A DNA stretch of 63,724 nt, filler included, from Jimgerdemannia flammicorona (lineage: Eukaryota), in NCBI GenBank assembly GCA_003990765.1. It is 3 parts of 3 records of this genome, joined end to end, with 100 filler letters (N's around TTAATTAATTAA, not from the genome) between each part and the next. Parts side by side here need not be neighbours in the genome. Positions count along the whole stretch, not along the records: positions 21,286 to 42,458 come from RBNJ01001510.1; 2 more parts are not named here. The stretch is one strand, 5' to 3'. Made by a program: the position numbers and the translations under genes. The notes under the pieces are model-generated. The model saw nothing but the letters and a program-made list of their open reading frames with translations. It had not been told where the DNA came from and did not search any database. The stretch's first letter is position 1. Each line of letters opens with the position of its first letter. Below, piece by piece: positions 24,966 through 39,320 of this stretch.

Positions 24966-27900
24966 TTTTTTTTTTTTTTATAGTCTCTTAGACTCCTTTC
25001 TTTATTAATACATCTATCTATCCAATATATAATATACTGAGTCTACTCCTATCTGATCTCCCTAGGGGCCCCTTCTCTCTCCACACTCTCTTTATTAAAG
25101 ATCACTAGATCATTAATTACCTTTACCTACTCACTACTCTGTTTACAAATTTCTTCTACCAGATGGCAGCAATGCCTACCCTAGAGACTCTATCCAACCC
25201 ACCACTCTGTCAGCAAATCTCTCATCAACCCTCCTCATCTCAATAATCTCTCCTGTAAACTCAGCTATCATCTCTCCTCAAAAACAAAGAGCTAATATCT
25301 AGCCAGCCCTATATATAGCTAAAACTCACTCTACAGTGAGCCATTCATTGTCTACCCCTCTTACCTAGTTCTCAAATCCTCCCAGTGACCTCTCTCTCTA
25401 TCTGACCTCCTCCTCACACCCAGCTGGTCCCCTATTACTATCCAAAAGTCCCCCAGAATCTCGCACTCTCTCAGCTAATGTTCTGGAGTCTGTACAAATC
25501 CCCCAACTTGTTCTATATTGTAGCACTCCTCACATTCCAGTAGTCCACCATCTACTAGATGTCTAGCATAGAAATTCAACATAATATTTTTCTGTAGTAT
25601 TTACCATCATACTACCCAGAACTTAGAAGGAAGCTACCTTCACACTTCAGTACTCTATGTCCAGACTTCTGCCCAATCCCACTCCTTACCAACCTCACTA
25701 CTTACCAACTTCTAGGCCAAAGATTCTGACCAAGTCCCTACTGATACTCCACTCCATCCTCAATATCAAACTCAATAAGTAGAGTATCCCCCAAAAACAG
25801 TCTATCCTATCTCTACATAGCTGGTCTCCATAACATCTCCCCTTCATTACTATACTAGTATAAGTCTATGCAATATGCTCCATCTGCTACCCCCCACCAG
25901 AAGTCTTTATACCTTAGCTAATGGCTTCTACCCAGATCCACCAGAGATAGCAAATCTCCCAAGGACTCTCTTGGAGAGAATCTCATCTCTCATACCTTCT
26001 GCATTAGTAGTACCCCTCAGTTCTATAATCTGCTTCAATCACCAAGCTCTCAGACAGTACAATCTCTTAGAAAAATCCACCAGTCCTAGCCCCCCTTGAA
26101 CTACTGGCATTGAAAGGATATTCCAACTGATCTGAAACTACCTCTCAGCCCAAATCCAATCTCTAGCCAGTTTCATCAGTCTCTTTACCACCCAAGTAGG
26201 AAAGTCTAAATGATAGGCTATATACCATAGCTTAGGGAATCAGTAGATATTCAGAATTGATACCCAGCCTATCAGAGAGATGTGGTGACCTCCCCAGCCT
26301 CTAAGAGCCTCCCCCCAGATGGCCACTCTTCTCTCCCACCACACTTATAGCAAGACATATCTATATACTGAAAGGAAGATGCTCAGATATCTCACTACCT
26401 CTCTTGTAGGGACAATTGTTTCAATGACATTCCCTCTCACTAACCCATTTCTCAACACTATTATCTCACACTTATGCCAGTTGAGTTTTGCTCCAGAGTA
26501 TGTCTCATACCATTCTACCATCTTCTTAAGAGTCTCAACATCTGTCACTGATCTAAGTCCAACTATCATATTATCTACAAAGGCCCCCACCTTCTACACC
26601 ATACTATAAATAGAGAGCCCTGCTACCTTCTGCCAAATCCTATCCATCAAAGATTCTAGTAAAAGAGTATATAGAATAAAAGACAGTAGATCTCCCTGAG
26701 AAACTTCTCTCTCCAGGGAAATGCCAGACCCTGGTGACTATTATATATCAGTACTGCCCTACTGCTCTTCAACAGATTTAATATAGAAGCTCAAAATAGC
26801 AGGGGAACTCCTATTCTGTCCAGCACCTTGCCCAACCACACTCACCAGACATGGTCATAGGGTCTAAAAAGACCAGTCTCCCATTCAATCTACTAGTCCA
26901 TACCCCTTCAATGATACCATGAACCCAGGCCATCTCATCTCTGATAAGTCTATCTTCAACAAAACTCTGCTACTTCTTACCCAATACCTGTTGGGCAATA
27001 TTCTGTAATCTTGCTATAATCACCTTAGTAACCATCTTTCTGTCTATATCCAGAAGTATGATTGGTCTCTAGTTCTTCCAATCCTCCCTCCTTCCTTTAT
27101 TCTTATACAACAGGGCCACCAGCCCTAGGTCCTGCCCTTTCATCTACTGGTCATTCAGAAGAATAATGTTACAGAGGGCTGCCATCTCTCCTAATACTCT
27201 CAGAACTCTTACCATCTTCTTCCAAAAGTCCCAAGATAGTCCATTCTCTCCTGGTGCCATTCTAAGTTTAGTTGCTGCAAGGACTCTCTGGATCTTCTCC
27301 TCTTAGACTAGTAGGATCAAATCCCCCAAGCCCTCTACTTACAGTAGCTCCCAATTCTCCAGAGTGTCTCCAATTGCCTCTGCATTGGCACCCCCTTCCT
27401 CTTTACTCTATAGACCTCTCTACCACTCCTTTAGCAACCCCAAGATCTATTGTATACTATGAACCATTTTCCCCTCTATATTAAGAACTCCATCCCATTG
27501 ATGTTGTACCCTTCTAGCCTAAAGGAGTCTTGATAAATACCTAGTGGGCCTCTCTCTCTTCTCAAGCCCCTGCCACCTCAGCCTAGCTGCCATTCTTTTT
27601 ATCTATATCTCCTCCCCCTCTCTTAACACCTGTTGTAACTCCACCACTTCTAGTTTAGCCTGCACTAACCTCTAATCATCTACCTCTCCAGAATTTATCA
27701 AATCAGCCTATTCTATCTGCAATCTAACCAACTTATTGGAAGCATACCTCACTCTCTTTCTTCTCTACCTCCCAGCATCCCTACCAGCTCCTTCTCAGTA
27801 AACCCTCACATCCTTTTTCAACTTCATCCACTGGACATCCACTGGCAAACCCTCATGTATCCAACTAGTGATCTTCCCCTAAATGTCTTCTGCCTAAGAG

Positions 27901-30900
27901 TCTCACAACATATTCTCAGCTAGCAGAGAGAAGTTAAGGCACCAATGTTCAGGTCTATCTCCACTCTCTCCAAACTGCCCCTGCTCTAACAATCCCCAGT
28001 GATCTGACCATGGGCACCACTCTATCTCCAGAGTCCTCCAAACATCTATACCCCAGCATTCAGCTATCAGTATCCAGTTAATTCTTGTATCTAATCCATT
28101 TACCTAGTATATATAAATCCTCTTTTCTCCTTACTGTATTCTGCCCATATCATCTAAGGAGCTAAGGTTCTCCACCTCCTTCCATACACCTAGGCCACCA
28201 CTCCTTCTATCAGTACTTCTTCTTCCATCAGTTCTATCTAACTGAAGATCCCACACCATATTGAAGTCACTCCCCAGAATATCTACTCTATCCTCCAAGA
28301 ATGTGCCCTCCTCTAAGAGACCCTTAATCCATGTAATCTGCTCACCCCTAGCTGTAGGGCAGTAGTAAGAGCTAACTCTCACTAGCTCTCACTCTGGTTG
28401 ATGCCATTTCCCCCATACCAAACAGTCTCCCCAGCTCCTGATTTTACTCAAATCCCCTTTACCACTCTGTACCAAAACTGCCACTTTGTCTATCCAAGCT
28501 ACAGCTTCTCTCCATTCTCTAGTCTACTCTACTTGATCTATATCATTCTTGCAATACACATCCTGTAGCAGAAAGATATCAGCCTCCAATCTCTTAAGCT
28601 AAGTAAAAATGTTCTTATGCTACCTAGAGCTCTATAACCCATTTATATTCAGAGAAAAAATATTAGTTATACTGTTTATTAGGAATAATGTTTAGAAGTA
28701 CTACTCATCCTCTACAAATCCACATTCATCTCCTCCCTTTCCATATCCAAGTTATATTTAGCAATCACTTCTTCTTCTACAGCCATCTTTGCCTCTAATC
28801 TAATCAGAAGTTCAGCCATCTCCCCATCTTCCTTCTCCTCAAACTCCTTCTGATACTTCAGGCAGACCTTCTGTCAGAGCTGTAATCTATAATGCTCTGC
28901 CCAACAGTATACAGTCCACTTACCAGCAACAATCACCAGCTTGACCTCTCTCTCCTTATTAATCTTATACCCTTCCTTCTCTAGGAAAATTACAAGTATC
29001 TCTGCCTTCAGTACCTCCACCACCCTATTACTATTATAACAGACCAAAACGTACCACCCGAATTATAACTTAGCCAGATGACGTGAACAATTAGCATACT
29101 TACTCAGCATGATGTGACTTCCAGTGTATCATAGTTACTCATATCCACTACATTTATAATTAGCCAAGACACCAGATCAGGATTATTTACCTGTATCCTG
29201 AGGACACACTTATGTTCTGTGGATACACTCATATTCTGCAGACACACTCATGTCCTGTGGACACACCTGTACCCAGAGGATACACCCAAACATTACTGGA
29301 GATAGTAAATCTATAGTTAGCCACATAGTAACCAGATAGCAACCAACTTATATAAATTACCCCAGAGATGAGAGTGAATAAACCTCAGTCTGAATTGAAG
29401 TACAAACCAAAGAAGCCTCTAAAGATTGAGCAATTGGTCCCCTTATTCCCACTTCAGTCCACTTTCTGATACAAAGATTGATTGGTTTGCTTGCCAGATA
29501 AGCCTGAAGATTTGCTGCCTAAGTTCAAGAAGAACTTTGCCACCTTTTGAGTAACCTGCCACTTAAGGAATAAGCCACCATTTCCAAGTTATTCTCCACC
29601 TTTCCAAGAAAACTGCCTTGCTCAAGCCAGTTTCTGATACAACTTCACAGTGATTCATCGTGCAAATGAAGCCAGTCTTTGATGTAACTTTGCCAAAAGA
29701 CCCTTTCTCAAAGAATGCTGCCAGTTGTTCATATTCTCAATTGAAGCTGCCGATTTATAAGAATCTATACCATCCGAGTTAATTTCCAGTTAAAACTACC
29801 ATTTTCAAGAAGTCCACCAATTCAGGAAGAATCTGCATCATCTGCCACCTTTTGAGTTATCTGCCATATTCCCAGTTGAAGCCACTGATTCAGAAAGAAT
29901 CCATGCCAATGTATTCCCAAAAGAGCCCGATTCATGCTATCTGAGTTATCCATTATTCCCAGTGAGCCTGTTACAGAAGAATCTATACCATATATTCCCA
30001 GTGAGCCAAATTGAGCTATCTGCCAGAAATCGCATACTTTTGGAACCATCGTGCTACACAGAGATCATTATGCAGAAATTGCATAAGGAGAACTACTAAA
30101 TTGCCAGACCATCATGCACAAGGAGATCGTCATATTACATAAAGATCATCACACCAAAACCGTTACTCAGAAATCACATACTTTTGGAAATTACCTTACT
30201 ATACAAAATTGTACCATTCCCAGTTGACCCAAGAAGGAGAGATACAAGTCACTACTATACCCAGAGAACAGTCCCAATAAGAAAACCACTCACAGATATC
30301 CAGCTTTGACTATTATACTGCTAAACACCAAGGACCTCAGGAATCTTAGAACATTTTGTTGCTTTTTAACAAAGTAACTAGGAACTCAAGCCAAACTATG
30401 TCAATCTCCAACCTTGTAATTTGCCTCTATTGAGCTGGCATATTACACTATATAGAATCTGTGCCCAATGCTCCTCACTTATTACCCTCAGGTCTACTTC
30501 TCCCAACTTTTCAGCTGCAAAGTTATTCATCATCTGGCTTATCTATAGTAGATTTCTTACCTTTTTCCCTCCTGGAGATACTGGCCTTCCTGTACTCAGC
30601 ATTGTGGTATCTGCTCTTATACTTATAGTCTTATCCCACTCCTCCTCCATTATATCCACCAGCTCATCCTCACCAACTGCCACCACCTGACTCCCTTTTA
30701 TCACATCTGGAACTCCAAAATATACTTGCTGGATACTATGCATTAGTACATCCTCTACCACCCAGCTCTTTACAGTAGGACCTCATCTGACAAAAGAGAG
30801 AGTGCCATCCAAGTCCTGTTCCCAGACTTTGAATATATCATCTGCATATGAGTCATTGTGCAGTAACTTCATGACTCCATCCTGACCCTCCTTGACATCT

Positions 30901-32205
30901 CCTCCTCTCTTACTGACTCAGACACTTGCTTCAGTACTCTCAGACTCCTCAATACTACCTGCATTCTTCTTTACCCTTTCTTCTAGACTCACCAACAACT
31001 CTCTCTACCTCTTGTACCCCTGAGCTCTCTCTTACTGCCTCTTATTAGTGTGGAGATATTTCTAATCTACAATTTCCAAATATATTGACTCTATATACAT
31101 CTTCCAGACCTTCACTTTCTGCTCAACTACTCTACTCATCTCTTCTAGAGCCTCTAACAGATCCTCCTTCTCCTCTTCACTTCTCTTTACCCTTGATACC
31201 TTATATATGAAAACCCCTTACATCAGTATCAAAGGCCAGTCACTTGTCTTTCCAGTGGCCTCTCTTCCAGCCAGTCTAATTCTGACATCAATATTCTCTA
31301 TCCTGAAGATAGTCCCCTCCTATATCTGGAATCTGATATCAACTATATCACTATACTCTACCATCACCTTCTCAACCTTCTTCTTAGTCTCAGTCTTTAT
31401 CACAATAGGTACCCCCTTTACTAGTAGCTGAATCACTCTGGGGTCCCACCTCAGATAGTACACTATAGGGACCACTATATCTCCTATAGTCACTCCTATC
31501 TTCAATACTTCTTCCAGTAGATCTGCCTCCTCAAAGCCCATCTCAACCCTCTCCAGATCCTTCAGAAACTTCACCAAGGCAGCTCTAGCCACCTACTTAG
31601 AGATAAGCCCCAGAACCATCCTCATCATTACTGCCAAGCTTCAGAAGTATAAGGTTATAGCAAACTCTGAGATTGACTTTTTGAGTAATGGTGCTACTGT
31701 TAGCCCCATCATACCATCAGCCAGATCCTCCTTCCTCTTTGGTCTCAATAGTCTAGCTCTACCATCAGCAGTCACATCTGGATTTTTTTCTAGATTCTCA
31801 GTCATGTTACTATCAGTAGTCCTCCCTCTACTTCCAGTATCTACTCCACCAGCCTTTTCCTCCACTGACTGAGAAGCTATACCTACTACTTCCCCTTCCC
31901 TCTGCTTTCCCTTCCCCTCTGCCTGCCCACCATAAGCTCTAATAGGCCATTCTCTAGTCTTTAGTATATCAGCAAAGCTCCTCCCTTTCTGCTCTCCCAC
32001 CTCTCCTCTAGTGCCACTACTACTGCCTGAACTGTCCTACCCACTTGGATCACTGAAAGACCTTATCTCTAGTCTATACTTTTGTCTGATATATTACCAG
32101 TTGAAGGCTCCAGATCTCCCTAACCTAGTACACATGTTGGCTTACTTATTAGTTACTATGATCTTAGTATCTTTCTCTAATAAATGGTTCAAAAGTGTGT
32201 TTTGA
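24966..32205 (-). mobile_element. Near full-length decayed L1/Tx1-like LINE (ORF1, APE, RT, poly(A)) carrying a solo LTR in ORF1
   Basis: Poly(T) at 24966-24979 with the same 3' end as 3022-3040. RT at 26345-26590, APE at 28131-28382 (GSDFN), ORF1 pieces at 30543-32000. Confidence 0.9.
29035..30447 (+). mobile_element. Solo LTR of the second LTR family (1413 bp)
   Basis: TATAAC...ATTACA (decayed TGTAAC...GTTACA) with 4-bp TSD CTAT (29031-29034 and 30448-30451). TATAAA at ~29351 and AATAAA at ~29377. It interrupts LINE ORF1. Confidence 0.8.
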
Positions 32206-32289
32206 AGTTTGGTTTATATGAATAGTAGTAGAGAAAGATACTCATGGCTATTTAATTTCTCTCTACAGTATATATTCTATAATAGAAAA

Positions 32290-34519
32290 AGATTTACTTC
32301 CAAACCTCTCAGCCAAGTAAAAATATTTCTACATCTTATAGAGTCTCTCAGACTATTTATATTTAGTGAGAAAATATTAGTTATACTGTTCATAAAAAGG
32401 TAAAGTTTTATAGTAGCCCTACTCTCTTTGTAGTTTCACACTTATCTCCTCTCTAGCCATGTTCAGATCATACTCTACAATTGCTTTCTCTTTTTCAATC
32501 TTCTTAGCATCTAATCTAGTCAGAATCTCAGCAATCTTCTCATTATCCTTAGTTTTTATCTCCTCCTCATACTTCTTATATACTACCTACCAAAGTTGTA
32601 ATCTATGCTATTACTTTTATCAGAAAGCAGTATACTCTTCAGCAACTATCACTAAGTTAGCCTCTCTTATTATATCTATCTCATAACTTTTCTCTTTTAA
32701 TAATATAGCCAAACTTCAGTCTTTAACTTTTCTATCACTCTATTACTTCTTAATATTCTCACTCAGAGCTTCTTACTGACTATATATAAGTCTATCTCTT
32801 CTAACTCCTCTATAGTCTATTTGTTTATCATTATACTTATCTAGTATATATTACTAATAAGTTTCTCATCTAAAGTTACAGACCTCTCCTCTGTTAGTAA
32901 TATAGTATCAGTACTAGTACTAGTGAACTTATTCTACTCTTTTTCTAGAATATCATATAGCTCATCTTTCTCTACTCTGATCACCTACTCTTTTTTTACT
33001 ATATCTGATACCTTAAACTAAACTCTATGTATGCTTCTTATCTCTATATTCTCTATTATTCTCTTTTTCTGAATATCAGTCTATACTGTATAATCTTTCT
33101 TTTCCTCTTAGATCTCAAGTATATCATTATCATAGAGCTGCTGACTCCTCATCTTTTTGCTTAATGTTATTTTCTTTTTCTTCTTCTCTACTCTATCTCT
33201 AGCCCAATTACTCATCTTTACTCCTTCTGAACTCTCTTTAGCCTTAGTTATTATTTTCTTCTTCAGACCAGTCAGCAGATCTCTCTATCTCTTTCTCTTC
33301 TAAGCCTTCTCTCACATCATCTTGTCTATATATATCTACTTACTATTTACTACCTCTAAATATATCAATGCTATATAAATCTATCACACTACTATATAAT
33401 ACTCTATTATCTCACTGAATTTCTCCAAAGTCTCCAGCAAATCCTCTTTCTCTTTCTCACACTCTTTTATTCTCATAATCTTATAAATAAAGATATTCTA
33501 CTTAGAACTGAAGGCCAGTTTCTAGCCTTTTCAATAGTCTCTCTTTCTGCAAACTAGAACTATATATTTATATTTTCTATTCTAAATAAGATCTCCTCTC
33601 ATACCTGAAATCCAATATCTACTATCTCTCTATATTTCTTTATAATTTCCTCAACTCTCTTCTTTATTTTGATAGTTATTACTATAGATATCTCTTTTAT
33701 CAAGAACTATATAACTCTTGACTCTTATCTCAGATACTAAGCTATTAGTACTATTACTTTACTAACTGATAACTCAGTTCTTATAGCTCCTACCAATAGT
33801 TTCTTCTTTTTAAACTCTATCTTAATCTCCTCTAGCTTATATAGAAACTTTACTGAGATAGCTTCAGTTAGCTAGTTTATAATCAAATCTAAGACTATCT
33901 TAACTATTACTATTAGTTTTCAGAAATACAATATAATAGTAAATTCTGAGATCAATTTTTTGAGTAATAGGACTACTATTAGATCTATTATATTATCTGC
34001 CAGATTCTTCTTCCTTATATACTTTATCTGCTCAGTCTTACTATCAATAGTCATATCTGAATTTTTTTCAGATCTACTATTACTTTTCTATTAGTAATTA
34101 TACTCTGACTACTTATCCTAGATCCTTCAATCTCTATACTAACTCTACTAAGCAAAATCTCTCTAGTCTTCTCTATTCTTAACTTTCTCTTCTCTTCTTA
34201 TTATCTATCTTTAGTATCTCCAGACCAATCTCCTACCTTTATCTTATCAGTAAAACTCAACTATTCTAATCTCTTACTATCTAAGCTAGGCTACAGTCTC
34301 TCTTTAGTATTCCTCTGCCCATCAGTATTACTGAAAAGTCCATTTTCATATTATATCTCCTTCTGATATACTACTAGCTAAATACTCCAGATCTATTTAA
34401 CCTAGTATACCTATCAGAACTCTTAGTTATCATTATATTATTAATATCTTTTCTCTAAAAACTGCATAAAAAATATTGCATATTGTCTATATAATATGAA
34501 TTATATTAGAGAAAGATTA
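32290..34519 (-). mobile_element. Extremely C>T/G>A-decayed LINE (5' UTR, ORF1, start of ORF2)
   Basis: Residual homology to 6650-7850 and to the reverse complement of 19681-21000 (e.g. TCATATCTGAATTTTTTTCAGAT vs TCACATCTGGATTTTTTTCCAGAT). Confidence 0.8.
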
Positions 34520-34539
34520 AGTAGAGCTATTTAGTACTC

Positions 34540-35060
34540 TATTTCTATTACTTAAATATTATAATTTATAAATTTAATATTTACTAATTATAGTTTCTTC
34601 AATATTGATCTGAGAGTCTTTATTTTAAAAAGATATTGGCAAAGTTTAAACTAAATTATTATTATTATTATTATTATTATAAATACTGAAGAAAATTAAA
34701 AATATATTATATAAAATATATCTTATACATATTATATCTTATATATTAAATATATTATTACTATATGTATATTATAAATTGAATATTCTTAATAAATATT
34801 CTTAATAATACTTCAAAATATTAACTAAACTATATTTGATATTTTCTCTATATACAATATATAAATCTGATAATATAAATATAATATTAGAGTTTTCTTA
34901 TTATAAGATTTTATTTTTAATTTAATAATTTAATAATTAATAAATTAAATCTAATTATAATAATATTTATCTAATTTAATAAAAGGTTCAGATTTAGATT
35001 ATTAAGCTTTAGCCTTAGTATTAGATTTCATTATGATAATTGTATAATTAATTGAATTAA
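34540..35060. other. Very AT-rich low-complexity tract at the repeat/gene-island border
   Basis: Almost only A/T, consistent with an end-stage mutated repeat. Confidence 0.7.
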
Positions 35061-35205
35061 TGATGCAGGGGAAGGTCAGCAACCCCCTTCTTTTAACCTT
35101 ATTAGGATAACCTGTGATGTAGTTGTGTTGATCCGCAGTAAATGTGGATCTCCAGTAAATGATGTTGGTCTCCCCAACTACACACATCACCCGTCCAAAT
35201 CCATC

Positions 35206-36290
35206 ATGGTTCCAAGAGCTCCCTCTTTCCTCCATCCCTTCAACGATGACTATCTCCCCTCCGAAATCATTGCCCAAATTGTCGAATGCCTCCCCGGTCA
35301 CCTACTCTTCGAGCTCAAAGACACCTGTGTGGCCCTCTCTGAACCCTGTCGAAACCGCCTCTTCAAGCACGCCTACAAACTCGGCTTCGCACCCTCATGC
35401 ACCCCAAAGTATTTCTTCCTCAGAGAATTTGACAACGACCCGCTGGGATGGCGTCGTGACGACCCATGGGGCAGGCATAGCTACTCGGGCCTTGACGCAT
35501 GCAAGCACAGGGGCAAAGACGTGTACCAGCACATGGGGCTCAACGTCCAGGATTTGTTCCATATTGCGGGATCCAGGGGTGACGAGCGGGAGGTGAGCGC
35601 GATGTGGGACGTGATTAGCGTGCTGCATTTGGACAAGGAGGCGTTGTTCAGCCAGGTCGTGAAAGATTTCCACGACGTGCTTGATGTCGGTGATGGTCCC
35701 AGCCAGATTGCTATGTTGAACGCGTACTCGGAATCAGAGTGTTATGACTGTAACGTGAGGTAGGTTTTGATCTTCGTCAAGAATCTCCAGCCCTCCTTAT
35801 TTTATACATGCTGCACGACGCACTCATCAACACATGAACATACTGTCTGCTTCCAAGAATGCAAATGAACAGAGATTTTCAGACCTATGTTAACTGCCTC
35901 TACAATCGATATCAAGTCGGCGACAGGCCACAACTCAACGAAAGAGTCGAAGCCTGTCTGATCGGCGATGACGCCATCTTCCGTGGCATTGCCCGGTATC
36001 GTGCCATGCTGGCCAAATTCTGGACGCTCAAGCATCAGTTGTTTCCGTTCAACGACGACGAAAATCGCGCATGGCTCGACAGGCGGAGGGACATGGTGGA
36101 GGATCTGAAGAAGCACGAGGCTATGAGTGTGAAACCGTTTGTAAACGAACACCAGAGGCGGATGTGGTGTGCCAATTGGAAGGCGGAGAGAGATAGATTG
36201 GATAACCCGGTGAAGGCGAAAAGTTGGGCGGAGTGGAAGGAGGAACGGAAACGGGAAAAGCGGAAGGTGGAAAATGTTGAGCAGTTCTAA
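35206..36290 (+). CDS. F-box-like protein, possibly pseudogenised or spliced
   Basis: N-terminal LPSEIIAQIVECL..LL.L..TC F-box-like motif in GC/CpG-rich coding-like sequence. Two frames (35125-35763 and 35859-36290) can be joined by a frameshift near 35755 plus a TGA at 35835, or by an intron. Confidence 0.5.
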
Positions 36291-38035
36291 ATCGAATCGA
36301 ACAGGAGAGAGAGGAGGATCGGAGGAAAAAGGAAAACGACCGAGCAGAAGAAAAAAAAAAAAAATCTACAAGTGTGGGGGAAATTTCGAAGCACAAGGGC
36401 GAGAAAACAAAATAGTTGACGAAGTTGGGGACTTCGAAGATAGAGTTCAAATTAAATTCGCAAAACCAAAATCAATTAAATTATATACAAATAAACCCAT
36501 ATAATATATATAACGGACTTTTCAGAACAATATTTCATATTCACAGATACAATGCATGGTTCATACAACTGCCCGAGCGTGTCAAATAAGTGCACCATAC
36601 TATTGATCTGCTCTTGTGATTCCATCGATTCCGTTCAGCTTGATGGCCAGACTCTTCACGGACGACCCACTCGTCCCGTCACTAAAACGCCCTCCGAAAA
36701 ACCCAACCCGTCGACTAGACATACGACGCACTTTCGAACCCTCACCCTCTGGCTCCTCGCGCTCGTTGTGGGTTTTTATGCCCGTCCAATGGGCAGAGAA
36801 TTGGCAACCAACCCGCGTAGCTAGTGAACATGAATGCACCTTGTCCGCGTCGAGCGCTAGCACCACCATCAACGTGGCGTTATTCCGGACGGTCGTCTCT
36901 GCGGATGAAACTAGTTTTCGTCATGCTCGAAGAGTCAGAGCCTCGGTCGAGCTTTCCGTCGTTTTAGGAAATTTTTAATCGGAGGTTGCCCCGTGTCATC
37001 CATGAAAAATGAATTGTTGGATTGCGAAGCCCCTTGTCCCACAAGCTCAGACTGAAATCGGCTGGGTTCAAACTACTCAAGGTACACCATAAAACCACTA
37101 TATGGCATACTTGTGTACAAATGTACTTAAACGTATGGTGCAGGTACTCAACGTGCGGTACCAGGATTTTGTGATGACTCCGCCAGCTGCGACGCCCCAA
37201 AACTTTTGGATGTGAGATGGAAAGGAGCGAAACTGCGCCGGCTTGTCCTTGCGACCAATATACCTTGGCTTGTTGCAACCCGAGCCCACTTTTGAATACG
37301 TTCTACGTCTGGCCGTTGGCCGTGCAAAATGTGGTGCTCATCAACTAAGTGGGACTGGTTGATATTGTAAAACATTCCGTCCGGATTTCAAGTAGTGGTT
37401 TGCGCCGCAAAAACCCATTATCCTTTTTTTGCAAGCTAAATTCCTACCAATCTTATAGTCTGAAATCGCGAAATCGGGAAAGTCAATTGGAATCAGCTTT
37501 AATCATAATGACAATGGGCCAAACGTGTAAGGATCCAGTAATTTATTGCTTACAACGATATACATTAATCATTGGTAGCCACAGTTGCTTGTGGTAATAT
37601 ACGGAATTCGGAACAGGGACGGAAAATGAACGTGGGCAAGGGTATATACTTAAAGTCACGATGGCGCAGAGAGGCAAGTCGAAAGAGGTTGGTCGAAACT
37701 CCCAAGATTTGCAACCCGGCCAACCCGGCCAATGGATCCAATTATCATAACATTTATTACACATCGACGAACCCCAACAGTAGAAAAAAAAGACTATTAC
37801 ACACACATCCAGCTAACGGGCAATAATAATAAATCGACGATAAAAAAAAAAAATCCGGGATAAAGAAGAGGGTAAGCGTCTCCAAATGGAGATGGAAATA
37901 AGGTCAGGATATATATATAAGCCCTTCTTTTTATGTCCCTCTCACTACGCCCACCCAAAAGTTCCCTCTCCACTTCAACCTTGCTCCCCACCTTTTCCCC
38001 CACTCTTCCCCCGTTTCCCCCCCTAATCACGTCCT

Positions 38036-39222
38036 CTAATACGCCGTAACGGGCATCCCGCCCACGCCGGCCATACGATCGATCCACCTATCAATCCTCT
38101 CGCTCCTGAACCTCTCAGGCATGCGGGAAATGACACGGCGGGCAGTGGCGTCGACGAGTTTCTTGCGTGGGCTCTCGTCGGGCGAGAGTAACGGGGCCAG
38201 CGCCGAGCGGCTCCAGCTGCGTTGGTGCAGGTCCGCAGCCGTGTAAGCGGTCGGCGAGGTCGGTGTGGTCGGGAACTCCGCGTCCGTCGGGGAGAGTGGA
38301 AGCGTCGGGGGTGTTATGAGGAGGGGAGGGGAGAGGCGACGGTGAGCGAGACGGCGTTGTTGTTTGACGAAGCCTGGGATGAGTTAGGAAGATGCGATAG
38401 AGAGGAGGGTAAATAGGTTGATGGGAATTGTGAGTAGGTGGTGCCCATTAGGCATATTACGGGTATCGATGTGATCCGATCCCTGTTAACAATGAAGAAG
38501 CCCGCAAACGCAGGACTGAAGAGTCACACGAAGAGATACATACCATAGAACCAATAAACATGCATGGGGTAGAACATGCCAAGCACGTACACGGAAGCCG
38601 GATTTGAGTGGTAGTTGTAAAGGATGTAGAGCATGAATCCGTGGAATACGAGCCTGGTGGGTACGTATAGCGCCGCAAACACCATGTCCTTCCTCCACTT
38701 CGCGTTGATAGAGCCCAGCGCGAGAGCGAAGGTGGGGGCTTCGAGCAGGCACATGAGAATGAACAGTTGCGACATGCGCTGTGAGATGACCCACCAGAGG
38801 GTGAAGAAATAGATGATATGGTGGGTCCAGCCGCTGAGCGGATCGATGCGTTTCCGGTAGTAGACCCATCCGATGGCAAGATCAAGCACGAGGAAGGTCT
38901 GGAAGAAGGCGGTGAGACCGAGCCAGAGCGGGCCCTCATCGGTCCAGGCGGAAATCTCCCAGCCGGCATACCAGAATTTGTAAAGGACGCAAAGGCCCCC
39001 CAGAGACATGAAGAAAGAGGTGAAGAGAGTGAGGAGCCAAGAACGCTGCTTGTCGGTCTGGATAATAGGGTGGCGGATGGCGAGGAAGAAGTAGGTGATG
39101 AGCACAATGGTGGAGCAGGTAATGGTCAGGGGGTAGAGTGGCTGGGTGATAGCGGTGAGGTAGGTGAGGGGGACATCCTTGGGTGCGAGGAGGGAGGTGA
39201 AGGCGGTATCCACGGAATCCAT
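38036..39222 (-). CDS. TLC (TRAM/LAG1/CLN8)-domain multi-pass membrane protein, two exons (39222-38544 and 38373-38036)
   Basis: Multiple hydrophobic helices with W.HH, LE.PT and TR motifs. The intron at 38374-38543 has a GTATGT donor, CTAAC branch point and CAG acceptor, and joins HVYWFYG|FVKQQRRL in frame to a TAG at 38036-38038. Confidence 0.88.
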
Positions 39223-39233
39223 GGCGTCCGTTT

Positions 39234-39320
39234 GGAGAAGGGGAGAGAGAGAGAGGCTTGGAAGTAAAGGTGACGGAGAAGGGGAGAGAGAGAGGCTTGG
39301 AAGTAAAGGTGACGGAGAAG
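39234..39320. repeat. Tandem duplication (~40 bp x2) upstream of the TLC gene ATG
   Basis: GGAGAAGGGGAGAGAGAGAGGCTTGGAAGTAAAGGTGAC repeated directly. Confidence 0.9.

Noticed and set aside
36550..37830. Several 60-120 aa ORFs in the gene island
   Set aside because: No motifs or consistent exon chain; cannot be distinguished from chance frames.
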